DNA from: Eledone cirrhosa | Taxonomy: Eukaryota | DNA length: 64,000 bases | Assembly: GCA_964016885.1 (NCBI GenBank) | Contig: OZ024743.1 | Coordinates: 223,510,001 to 223,574,000, forward strand | Direction of reading: 5' to 3' | Shown: piece after piece, positions 26,322 through 40,900 of the stretch | How positions within the stretch are numbered: the first letter of the stretch is position 1 | How the letters are laid out: each line of letters starts with the position of its first letter | Notes under the pieces: generated by a model | Database searches by the model: none | What the model saw: only the letters and a program-made list of their open reading frames with translations | Told to the model about the DNA's origin: nothing | Made by a program: the position numbers and the translations under genes

Positions 26322-29300
26322 GTAGAGGGGAGAGAAATTCATGCAAAAGAGAGTGATAGTGTTACTGGTAAAACTTGTTATATGACTTTTCTTGGGCTCA
26401 TGCATGTATTTATGTGTGTACGAGGGGAGGAGGTGCATGTGTGCGTGCATGTATGTGTATGAGTGTATGTGTGTGTGTGTGTGTCTATGCATGTGTGTGC
26501 GTGTATGCATGTGTATGTGTATGCATGTGTGTGTGTGTGTGTATGCATGTGTGTGTGTGTCTATGCATGTATGTGTGGGTGTGCATGTGTATGAGTGTAT
26601 GTGTGTGCATGTATGTATGTGTATGAGTGTATGTGTGTGTGTCTATGCATGTGTATGTGTGTGTGTATGCATGTTTATGAGTTTATGTGTGTGTGTGTGA
26701 GTGTGTGCATGCATGTATATGAGTGTGTGTGTATCATTATGATGTTCACATCTATTGTTCCAAGCTTATATGGACTGGACAAGTCACTACTTGTTGCATT
26801 TTTTTGCCTGGAATTTCTTCTCTAAATGTTTGAGATTCAAATATAATATTGAACTCCTCTATTATTACTTAAGGTGTGAGTTCAAATCCTGCCGAGGTTA
26901 ACTTTGCCTTTCATCCTTCCGGGGTCGATAGAATAAAGTACTAGTAATGCATTGGGTAATTTCTGGCCTTGTGCCAAAAGTAGAAACAATTATTACTTAA
27001 GGTGGATTGGTAGCATCGGTAGAGTGTCAGACACCATGCCTTGCAGCATAGAGTTATGGCCCTTTACGTTCTGAGTTCAAATCCCGTCGAGGTTAGCTTT
27101 GCAGCATAAAGTTATGGCCCTTTACGTTCTGAGTTCAAAACCCGCCGATGTTAACTTTGCCTTTCATCCTTACAGGGTCAATAAAATAAAGTACCAGTAA
27201 TGCACTGGGGAAATTGCTGGCCTTGTGCGAAAAAGTAGAAACAATTATTACTTAAAGGACTATAATAAATAGCAGGAGGCTAAGAACTGAGCCCTAATAG
27301 GTCCCTATCTACGTGTTAAATTTGTTGACAACTCTTATCTTGTTGACTATATCTCTGTACATAGCTTGCATTGCCCTCACAAATCATTCATCGTCTACTT
27401 CTAGTTTTCTTAGCTTCTATCAGAGTAGAGGATGCATAAGTTTGCTAAGGGCCTTCTCCATGTTGACAAAGTTTAATCCAAGCTAAAACCTTCTGTACTT
27501 GTGTCACCTAAAAGAAAGCATTAGCAGTACTTCATCCTAGCACAAACCTAAATTGCATTTCATCTAGGTTAAATCTGTTTCTAATCACTTGAGCTTTAAC
27601 TATTTTCATAAATTTCATACTTCTATAGTTCCCTCTCTCATACATAACATTTGGCTTTGAAGAAGTCGGAGATAATATGGTGAGGTCAGGCATAAAGTAT
27701 AATTCCTCCTTGTACTACCTGATTGATTATGTGTGAGACTAGTGCATGACCTAATTCACCAGATATTTTAAGTATATCATTGACAATTACTGATGGTCAC
27801 CATATCCATAAATCCTGGTGACCATCAGTAATTGTCAATGATATACTTAAAATATCTGGTGAATTAGGTCATGCACTAGTCTCACACATAATCAATCAGG
27901 TAGTACAAGGAGGAATTATACTTTATGCCTGACCTCACCATATTATCTCCGACTTCTTCAAAGCCAAATGTTATGTATGAGAGAGGGAACTATAGAAGTA
28001 TGAAATTTATGGAAATAGTTAAAGCTCAAGTGTATGTATGTTTATATAAACATACATACACACACACATCATCATAATCACTATTTTACGTCTATTCCTC
28101 TACGCTAGCATGGGTTAGACAGGTTGTCCTGTTCTAGGCAAGGTCACTCGACCTGGCATTGCCCACAACAGGACAACGCTATATATATATATATATGGAG
28201 AGATACTGTGCTAACAAACTCGGAATTCTACAGTGAGTGAGTGAGTGAGTGAGTGAGTGAGTGAGTGAGTGAGTGCGCATATATGCATATCTTCCTATTT
28301 CCTCTTTTATCTAGCATCCGAAACATATGCATATATTGACCCACAGTGGGATGACATCCATCAAAATGATATAGCATGGCAATTTACATATAAAGGATAA
28401 AAATAAAAATAAAAATGAAACATTGGCAGTTTATGAAGATAAAGCAAGAGGAAAGTTTAGAGTAGTCAGTGTATGAAACAATCTCATGTGTAGCATGCAC
28501 GCGTGTCTTATTTATACAGGATTAGAGTGCGGCAGATTGTTACTTGTAGGATCAGGCAGTTAAAGCAGGCAATCAATAGTATTATGTGGGCTGTATTGTT
28601 AAATCATTTTTTCGCATACACCTGTATGATATACAATCCTGAATGTAGAGAGACACCAAAATATCAAACATATTATAAAACATATTATAACATAGGCAAA
28701 ACAGTACCACTGTCTTCGCGCACACCACCACTCACATAATCCATGAAACGCAATATATAGACTACAGGTCTATCACACAATCCACGATGATTCAGCATAG
28801 AACCAAGTTATAAACCATATCTTGTCGATTCTTAATTAATAGATCATGTTGTTTAGTTTTGTGAGATGATATTATATTCCGGAAGTGTGTGTGTGACCAA
28901 GGGGAGTTAATGTGTAAGGGGAGTTAATGCGTAAGGGGAGGTAACTAGCTGATTTTCATAGTTAAATTTATTATCTTAAATTACATTAATGGTGTTTCAA
29001 ATAAGTGCTTATCATATGATGTTATAGCTAATTTCTAGATTATGTTACTTATCTATAGGTTACAGTGTTGTCTATTAAGAAGTACTAAAGGTGTTCATAT
29101 CAGGATGATTACCTTCTATTAAGGAGTGTCATACCTGAACATTCTATAAGAAGAGTCAGACCTCCAAATCAATGTTCTTTGTAAGTGTAGTTCCACCCGC
29201 AGAACCTGGCAGGGTCTTATTATTATATATGACTCCCGGTAAGCTCTGGGTCATTGTATGTCTGAATCCTTGGCAAATTTAAATATCACCAGGGTGGTCC

Positions 29301-32007
29301 GGAGATCAATTCTCCCATATAAAGACACTAGTCTGGCCATCAAGCAATACATAAACTCCCATCTCTTATATAAATTAAATTAGGTATCTTATCTATAAAT
29401 TAGAGTGCAGTCTATTAAGAAGTACTAAAGGAGTTCATATCATGATGATTACAATCCAATATGGAGTGCCACACCTGAACAATCTATAAGAAGAGTCAGA
29501 CTTCAAAATCAATTATATGTATAAGGGTCTTATTACCATATAAGACTCCCGGTAAGTTCCGGGTCATTGTATGACTGAATCCCTGGTAAATTCAAATATC
29601 ACCAGGGTGGTCCGGGACCAGTTCTCCCATCAAAAGACACTAATCTGGCCATCAAGCAATACAGCAACTCCTAACTCATATATCACCTGTGCATAATTCA
29701 TTGTACTCATCGTATAGAATATATAGTCACTTTAATAATAAATTAATTACTTAATCATCTATCTATCCCATGGTGGCACTCCATGCACAGGACTATGTTA
29801 GCACAACCAATACAGTGCCTACAGTTTATATTAATCATATATTTGTGCAATGCAGTCCAAGTAATCCAAGACCAACATATCAGAATTAGAAGTACATGGG
29901 TGTATCTCCAGGGTAGATGGTACTATAAGGTTGCCACTATTTGCGTTAGAGTGTATAAATGGGTGTGGAGATGAGGTGTAAGGTGTGCCACTGATGCTAA
30001 TTGCTAGAGGTGGTGACGGGTTCAAGTCTGACATTGTTATATATAGGGTTTAAAGTTTTGGAAAGAGTGTCGGAAGCGGTGTTGGCAAGATGCGAACACT
30101 TCTGATTTTTTATTAAGGAGATTATGGTTAGAGAAGATGATAGTATATATAACAATGTCAGACTTGAACCCGTCACCACCTCTAGCAATTAGCATCAGTG
30201 GCACACCTTACACCTCATCTCCACACCCATTTATATACTCTAAAGCTAATAGTGGCAACCTTATAGTACCATCTACCCTGGAGATACCCCCCATGTACTT
30301 CTAATTCTGATATGTTGGTCTTGAATTACTTGGACTGCATTGCACAAATATATGATTAATATAAACTGTAGACACTGTATTGGTTGTGCTAACATAGTCC
30401 TGTGCATGGAGTGCCACCATGGGATAGATAGATGATTAAGTAATTAATTTATTATTAAAGTGACTATATATTCTATACGATGAGTACAATGAATTATGCA
30501 CAGGTGATATATGAGTTAGGAGTTGCTGTATTGCTTGATGGCCAGATTAGTGTCTTTTGATGGGAGAACTGGTCCCGGACCACCCTGGTGATATTTGAAT
30601 TTACCAGGGATTCAGTCATACAATGACCCGGAACTTACCGGGAGTCTTATATGGTAATAAGACCCTTATACATATAATTGATTTTGAAGTCTGACTCTTC
30701 TTATAGATTGTTCAGGTGTGGCACTCCATATTGGATTGTAATCATCATGATATGAACTCCTTTAGTACTTCTTAATAGACTGCACTCTAATTTATAGATA
30801 AGATACCTAATTTAATTTATATAAGAGATGGGAGTTTATGTATTGCTTGATGGCCAGACTAGTGTCTTTATATGGGAGAATTGATCTCCAGACCACCCTG
30901 GAGATATTTAAATTTGCCAAGGATTCAGACATACAATGACCCAGAGCTTACCGGGAGTCATATATAATAATAAGACCCTGCCAGGTTCTGCGGGTGGAAC
31001 TACACTTACAAAGAACATTGATTTGGAGGTCTGACTCTTCTTATAGAATGTTCAGGTATGACACTCCTTAATAGAAGGTAATCATCCTGATATATACATC
31101 TTTAGTACTTCTTAATAGACAACACTGTAACCTATAGATAAGTAACATAATCTAGAAATTAGTTATAACATCATATGATAGGCACTTATTTGAAACACCA
31201 TTAATGTAATTTAAGATAATAAATTTAACTATGAAAATCAGCTAGTTACCTCCCCTTACGCATTAACTCCCCTTACACATTAACTCCCCTTGGTCACACA
31301 CACACTTTCGGAATATAATATCATCTCACAAAACTAAACAACATGATCTATTAATTAAGAATCGACAAGATATGGTTTATAACTTGGTTCTATGCTGAAT
31401 CATCGTGGATTGTGTGATAGACCTGTAGTCTATATATTGCGTTTCATGGATTATGTGAGTGGTGGTGTGCGCGAAGACAGTGGTACTGTTTTGCCTATGT
31501 TATAATATGTTTTATAATATGTTTGATATTTTGGTGTCTCTCTACATTCGGGATTGTATATCATACAGGTGTATGCAAAAAAATGATTTAACAATACAGC
31601 CCACATAATACTATTGATTGCCTGCTTTAACTGCCTGATCCTACAAGTAACAATCTGCCGCACTCTAATCCTGTATAAATAAGACACGCGTGCATGCTAC
31701 ACATGAGATTGTTTCATACACTGACTACTCTAAACTTTCCTCTTGCTTTATCTTCATAAACTGCCAATGTTTCATTTTTATTTTTATTTTTATCCTTTAT
31801 ATGTAAATTGCCATGCTATATCATTTTGATGGATGTCATCCCACTGTGGGTCAATATATGCATATGTTTTTATATATCTCTTGTGTTGAAAAGGAGGTCA
31901 AGTATGTTATAGATCACTAAATAGTTGCTCCGAAGAATCCAAACCTCGGTTTGGAGGAAACAATTGTAAGCAAATAAATGATTTAAACTGAACTTTGATT
32001 ATTGTAA

Positions 32008-32042
<35 letters not shown>

Positions 32043-33015
32043 TCATTAGTTAAGCAAAACAAGGCCACAAATTTCATAAGGAAGACATTATTAAAAGATT
32101 GTCAGCATATTTTAGTTTGATGTAAGGAATGTAGAGAATAATAATAATAACATTAATAATAATAATGTCTGTTTACAATTGTTTCGCTACTCCATATAAT
32201 ATTTCTGGATCAGATGACTATATATCATTATTGATCTGGTTCAGTTGAAAATAATTAACATATTTAAAAACAGAGCGGCTCATCGGAACTTCAAAGGAAT
32301 ATAAATTAAAATAAGGAGAGAATGTTACATAATGTAATGTTCCATATATTGGTATTTCACTATGGTGTCCTGGTTGTATCAGTTGTCAGCCATAATCAAG
32401 CAGTATTCATCTGTCAAGGTTTCATTGTGTGAGATCTGCCTATGGGTAACAAGATGGCGGCCAAAGGACATATTTACCAGATCAATAATGATATATAGTC
32501 ATCTGATCCAGAAATATTATATGGAGTAGTGAAACAATTGTAAACGGACATTATTATTATTAATATTATTATGGTGGATTGGCAGTATCGGTAGAGGGTC
32601 GGGCGTCATGCTTTTTGATCTGAGTTCAAATCCCGCCGAGGTTAACTTTGGCTTTCATCCTTACGGGGTCGATAAAATAAAGTACCAGTAATGCACTGGG
32701 ATAATTGCTGGCCTTGTGCCAAAAGTAGAAACAATTATTATTATTATTATTATTCTCTACATTCCTTACATCAAACTAAAATATGCTAACAATCTTTTAA
32801 TAATGTCTACCTTATTAAATTTGTGGCCTTGTTTTGCTTAACTAATGAATATTTCCAGCTCTGCGCACCTAACTTCTGCATGAACCCAGCCACCTAGCTG
32901 CTTCCTACTGCATATTGCACATTGAGCACATGCCTTTACGCTTTGGCTTCTAACTAATTCACCAATCTCTCCTCTCCTATCTCCATCTCTCTCTTTAAGA
33001 TTGGTTACTCTTGAA

Positions 33016-33046
<31 letters not shown>

Positions 33047-34921
33047 ACATTAAAAAAGATGCTGATGTTACATAAATCATTTATTCATAAAAATTATTTC
33101 AACGGTTCTCCCATGCAGTCCAAGATGTAATTCATGCATTTGTTGTTGTTATGAGAATGGTATCTTCAGATGAAATTTGATTTTGTGGTATCCCGCCGGC
33201 AGAAAAAACATGTCCTTCTGTTCGTGCGCCTGGCAGACATATGTTGGCATACGAACAGAAGAACGTGTTTTTTTCTGTTGGCAGCATATCACAAAATCAA
33301 ATTTGAAATAATTATTATGAATAAATGACTTATGTAACATCAGCATCTTTCTTAATGTAATTGGCAGTATCGGTAGAGGGTCGGACGCCATGCTTTGACG
33401 CATAGAGTTACGGCCCTTGCCATTCTGAGTTCAAATCCAGCCGAGGTTAACTTTGCCTTTCATCCTTATGGGGTCGATAAAATAAAGTACCAGTAATGCA
33501 CTGGCCTTGTGCCAAAAAGTAGAAACAATTATTATACTGAATCTTATATATATCAGGACTTTCTTGATGATTTCTTAAGAAGGAAACAGTTTGAGTCCTG
33601 TAGAAGTCATTTCTATAATAAAATAAATATACCTATACTCTACTAATGTATTGAGTACCTTTGACAGTAGTCATTTCCAGATTTACATTGGGATCCTACA
33701 CACACACACTCACACATATATATATATATGTATTCATCATCATCATCACTGTTTAACATCTATTTTCCATGCTATTATTTATATATGTACGTTTGGCATT
33801 TTAAAGTAATTTTGTTGTTGACAAAATTTTAAATGTTACTCTCTGCAAAAGTGTCCAATATATCTAATGGAGATTTTATAGTACTAGTCAAAAGTAAATG
33901 GTACAGGAGGATGTATATTGCCCTTTCAAAAAATATGTGTGTGAGTGTTTGTGTGCATGTATTGGGCTGATAATTCCTCAATTGAAACTGGCATCAGGAG
34001 TGATTACAGCATTTAACATAATCAGTATATATGGAAGTAGAAAGAATGAGAGTCAGAAAAGCCTTTAGACACGTTTGAAATTATTGTATCATTTCAATAG
34101 ATGAAAATACTATGTGAAATAGTGCCATCAGTAATATGGTAAGAAGAAAAGTTCTTTAAATGTCAGAAACGAGGGGAAAATACGTACAAGGAGATAGATC
34201 TATTGTACATATCAAATTAAGGATATGGATGGCTGCCTTTATATTCGTGGTTCAAATCTTACTATTCTCTGTGGTTTAGATAACTCTTAAATATTTATTT
34301 AATATATATATATCTCTAACTTCACTAAATTGGCCAACCACTTGATCACATTCCAACCAGGTTAGTTTGCAAGCCAGATTGACTTCATGCTCACTAGAGA
34401 ATGGGATAGACAGATTGTCATGAATACTAAGTATTTTCCCAAGGAAGAATGCACCACCCAACACAAATTAATTATTAATGACATCAGATGGAATCAGAAA
34501 TGCATGACAATCTGGTGAAGGATATTATGGAAGCTAAAGAACTATTCTGTTAAATATACGTTTTGAAAAGCTCTATGCAGTACATATAATGAGAGGGAAA
34601 GGAGGAGATAGATATGTAAGGTATAGAGTACATAGAGATATTTCGTCTTGTTTTCCTATCCAATGAATTGGATCCAATCTGTACAATCGTTGTCTTGTCC
34701 AGTATCTAATTTGTTTTCATCATGAATCGCTTTCTTACTTTAGAGACTATTGATGCACTTAGAAGAATAGTCCCGTCTTTAAAGCATTCAAAACTATAGA
34801 GACTCCCAGAAGGCAGCTGATATGTCCATATTTTCTGAGTTATCTGTGTCGTATAGATGTCCCATGTGTTATCTTTTGCTTATATTATCATTGTAACTGA
34901 CACCGCCTAATTTTGAAATCC

Positions 34922-34957
<36 letters not shown>

Positions 34958-37900
34958 TATATATATAAATATATATATATACATATATATATGTGTGTTT
35001 ACATACATACAGTTTCTGTGAATTTATTTTCACTCACGAGGCATTAGTGAGCCTGAATCTATAGTAGAAGATATTTGCTAAGGTACCACACAAAGGGATT
35101 GAACCCCAAAGCATGTGGTTGAAAAGTGTATATGCATGTGTATGTGTGTGTGCATGCATGTGTGTGTTTGTGCATGCATGTGTGTGTGTGGGGGGAGTCT
35201 GTGTGTGTTTGTATGTTTGTGGTGTGTAGCTAAACACACAGTACAGTTTTATTTTTTATTTTACATGAAGAATAAAAATAGACAAACAGATAAACCAAAA
35301 CCATAAAGAATCAGGAATTAAAATATCAAACACCATGCTTTTCAAAAAAAAAAAAAAACGAACGCCAAACCACACCACAAAACACAAGACAAAAAAGAAT
35401 GCAAGAATTCAAAATTACAATTTCAATAGAAGGAAGGTCTTGTTAGTATTGTAATTTTTATATCAATCCTACCAGGTTCCTTTAATATGTACACATATAG
35501 ACAGATAAAGAAAGAAATATACCAAGATCTACAAAATTACACACATGAACACATTACACAAACCACAAACACACGCAGTGCTGGTCCGCCATCGGTTCCA
35601 ACTATGAGTGTTCTAGTTATTCAAAGGAGCAACTTGCTTGTGAAATAACATGTGAGTGGCTGAGCATTCCACAAACATGTGTATCCTGAATATAGTTCTC
35701 AGGGAGATTCAACATGATACATATGAGAGGCTGAGTATTCCACAAATATGTGCATCCTTAATATAGTCCTCAGAGAGATTCAACATGACACATATGAGTG
35801 GCTGAGTATTCCACAAATATGTGCATCCTTCATATCATCATCATCTGGCGTCCTTGGCCGAAATGGACTCAACAATTGATCTCCATGTGGGTCTGTCGTT
35901 CATTGCTGTTGCCAAATCCTGGATTTCAATACGAGAATCTCTGGAGATGACAGCGGGATAGGAGAGCTTGTGCCCCCTGTTATTAGTGACAGCTTGTGGT
36001 TTCCAAAGCAATAATAGGGACACAGCCTCATAGGTGGCACAATGGCAGTGGCCAGAAAATATTACTCTGCTTTTATGTACATCCTTCATATAGTTCTCAG
36101 GGAGATTCAACGTGACACAGTGTGCGACAATAGCTGGCCCTTTGAATGACAAGCACAACTCATTTTTGTCACCTGAGTTGATTAGAACAATGTGAAATAT
36201 AGTGTCGTGCTCAAGGACACAACATGCCATTGGAAATCCAATTCACAACCATATGGTTATGAGTCAAATACATTCACACATACAAACTAACATATATATG
36301 GACATACACATACAAACTAACATATACATGGACATACACACACAAACTAACATATATATGGACATACACACACAAACTAACATATATATGGACATACACA
36401 CACAAACTAACATATATATGGACATACACATACAAACTAACATATATATGGACATACACACACAAACTAACATATATATGGACATACACACACAAACTAA
36501 CATATATATGGACATACACATACAAACTAACATATATATGGACATACACACACAAACTAACATATATATATGGACATACACATACAAACTAACATATACA
36601 TGGACATACACACACAAACTAACATATATATGGACATACACACACAAACTAACATATATATGGACATACACACACAAACTAACATATATATGGACATACA
36701 CATACAAACTAACATATATATGGACATACACACACAAACTAACATATATATATGGACATACACATACAAACTAACATATATATGGACATACACATACAAA
36801 CTAACATATACATGGACATACACATACACACTAACATATATATGGACATACACATACAAACTAACATATACATGGACATACACACACAGACTAACATATA
36901 TATGGACATACACACACAAACTAACATATATATGGACATACACACACAAACTAACATATATATGGACATACACATACAAACTAACATATATATGGACATA
37001 CACACACAAACTAACATATATATGGACATACACATACAAACTAACATATATGGACATACACATACAAACTAACATATATGGACATACACACACAAACTAA
37101 CATATATATGGACATACACGTACAAACTAACATATATATGGACATACACACACAAACTAACATATATATGGACATACACATACAAACTAACATATATGGA
37201 CATACACACACAAACTAACATATACGGACATACACACACAAACTAACATATACATGGACATACACACACAAACTAACATATACATGGACATACACACACA
37301 AACTAACATATACATGGACATACAAACTAACATATATATGGACATACACACACAAACTAACATATATATGGACATACACACACAAACTAACATATATATG
37401 GACATACACACACAAACTAACATATATATGGACATACACACACAAACTAACATATATATGGACATACACACACAAACTAACATATACATGGACATACACA
37501 CACAAACTAACATATACATGGACATACACACACAAACTAACATATACATGGACATACACACACAAACTAACATATACATGGACATACACATACAAACTAA
37601 CATATATATGGACATACACACACAAATTAACATATATATTGACATACACACACAAACTAACATATACATGGACATACACACACAAACTAACATATACATG
37701 GACATACACACACAAACTAACATATACATGGACATACACATACAAACTAACATATATATGGACATACACACACAAACTAACATATATATGGACATACACA
37801 TACAAACTAACATATACATGGACATACACATACAAACTAACATATACATGGACATACACACACAAACTAACATATATATGGACATACACACACAAACTGA

Positions 37901-40900
37901 CATATATATGGACATACACACACAAACTAACATATATATGGACATACACACACAAACTAACATATATATGGACATACACACACACAAACTAACATATATA
38001 TGGACATACACACACAAACTAACATATATATGGACATACACACACAAACTAACATATACATGGACATACACATACAAACTAACATATATATGAACATGCA
38101 CACACAAACTAACATATATGGACATACACACACAAACTAACATATACATGGACATACACATACAAACTAACATATATATGGACATACACATACAAACTAA
38201 CATATATATGGACATACACACACAAACTAACATATACATGGACATACACACACAAACTAACATATATATGGACATACACATACAAACTAACATATACATG
38301 GACATACACATACAAACTAACATATACATGGACATACACACACAAACTGACATATATATGGACATACACACACAAACTAACATATACATGGACATACACA
38401 CACAAACTAACATATATATGGACATACACACACAAACTAACATATATATGGACATACACACACAAACTAACATATACATGGACATACACACACAAACTAA
38501 CATATATATGGACATACACATACAAACTAACATATACATGGACATACACATACAAACTAACATATACATGGACATACACACACAAACTGACATATATATG
38601 GACATACACACACAAACTAACATATACATGGACATACACACACAAACTAACATATATATGGACATACACACACAAACTAACATATATATGGACATACACA
38701 CACAAACTAACATATACATGGACATACACATTACAAACTAACATATACATGGACATACACACACAAACTAACATATACATGGACATACACACACACAAAC
38801 TAACATATATATGGACATACACATACAAACTAACATATATATGGACATACACACACAAACTAACATATATATGGACATACACACACAAACTAACATATAT
38901 ATGGACATACACACACAAACTAACATATATATGGACATACACACACAAACTAACATATATATGGACATACACATACAAACTAACATATACATGGACATAC
39001 ACACACAAACTAACATATACATGGACATACACACACAAACTAACATATATATGGACATACACACACAAACTAACATATATATATGGACATACACATACAA
39101 ACTAACATATATATATGGACATACACATACAAACTAACATATATATATGGACATACACACACAAACTAACATATATATATGGACATACACACACAAACTA
39201 ACATATATATGGACATACATACACACAAACTAACATATATATGGACATACACACACAAACTAACATATATATATGGACATACACACACAAACTAACATAT
39301 ATATATGGACATACACACACAAACTAACATATATATGGACATACATACACACATTTGTTAACTCCCAAATTTCTTTTTATAGGATCACAATAAATAAAAA
39401 TAAGACGGATTATATTAATATTTATGAAAAGCAATAAATAACTAACAAGTGTGTGTGTTAGTGTGTGTGTGAATGTGTATGTATGCATGTGTGTATGTGT
39501 GTGTTTGTTTGTGTGTGTTTGTGTGTGTTTGTGTGTGCATGTGTTTGTGTGTATTTGTGCGTGCATGTGTGTATGTGTTTGTTTGTGTGTATTTGTGTGT
39601 ATGTGCATGTGTGTGCATGTGTGAATGCGTGTGTGTGTGCATATGTGTGTGTGTTTGTGTGCGTTTGTGTGTGCATGTATGTGCATGTGTGTATGTGTTT
39701 GTTTGTTTATGTGTATTTGTGTGTGTTTGTGTGCATGTGTAAATGTGTGCATATGCATATGTGTGTGTGTGTGTATGTATGAGTGTGTGTGTGCATATGC
39801 ATATATGTGTGTGTGTGTGTGAGTGTGTGTATGTGTGTATGTGTGTGGATGTGTGTATATGTTTGTTTGTGTGTATTTGTGTGTGAGTGTGTGTATGTGT
39901 GTATGTGTGTGGATGTGTGTATATGTTTGTTTGTGTGTATTTGTGTGTGCGTGTGCATATGTGTGTGCATGTGTGAGTGCGTGTGTGTGCATATGTGTGT
40001 GTGTGTTTGTTTGTTAGCGTGCATGTGTGTGTATGTGTTTGTATGTTTGTTTCTGTGTGCATATGCATGTGTGTGTGTTTGTTTGTGTGTGTGTGTGCAT
40101 GTGTTTGTTTGTTTGTGTGTATTTGTGTGTGTGTGTGTGTGTGCATATGCATGTGTGCATATGCATATACGTGTGTCTGTGTGTGTGTGTGCATGTGTGT
40201 ATGTGTTTGTTTGTTTGTGTGTGTGTACATGTGCATATGTGTGTGCATTTGTGTGTGTGTACATGTGCATATGTGTGCATATGCATATGTGTGTGTGCAT
40301 TTGTGTGTGTGTGTTTGCATATTTGTACTAGTTTTTGTGTTTGATAAGATATGTCACTTTCCTCTGATTTATCAAAATATCTTTCTTCACAGAATTATTT
40401 AAAAAGTAAGTTCCTTTGACAACTTAATATAAATAATTTTATAAATAATTGTGTGTGTCAAATAATTAGGGAGAGGAGTGAAACTGACAGCTAAAAGAGG
40501 GATTGATAGCTTAATGGACAGACGGCTCAGTAGATTGACAGGCAGATAGATGGACAGGTAGACAGGTGGATAGATAGATTGACAGGTAGACAGGTGGATA
40601 GATAGATTGACAGGCAGATAGATGGACAGGTAGACAGGTGGATAGATAGATTGACAGGCAGATAGATGGACAGGTAGACAGGTGGATAGATGGACAGGTA
40701 GACAGGTAGATAGATGGACTGACAGGCAGGTAGATGGACAGGTAGACAGGTGGATAGATGGACAGATAGACAGGTGGATAGATAGATTGACAGGCAGATA
40801 GATGGACAGGTAGACAGGCAGATAGATGGACAGGTAGACAGGTAGATAGATGGACTGACAGGCAGGTGGATAGATGGACTGATAGACAGGTAGATTGACA

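Noticed and set aside
33535-33612. Possible PLC exon ([18 protein letters not shown]) after a tattatag acceptor
   Set aside because: No suitable donor; the exon at 19154-19220 fits motif and phase much better.
36268-39350. CRISPR-like appearance of the 30-bp repeat (also 51566-51693)
   Set aside because: Head-to-tail repeats with no unique spacers; eukaryotic context; no cas genes.
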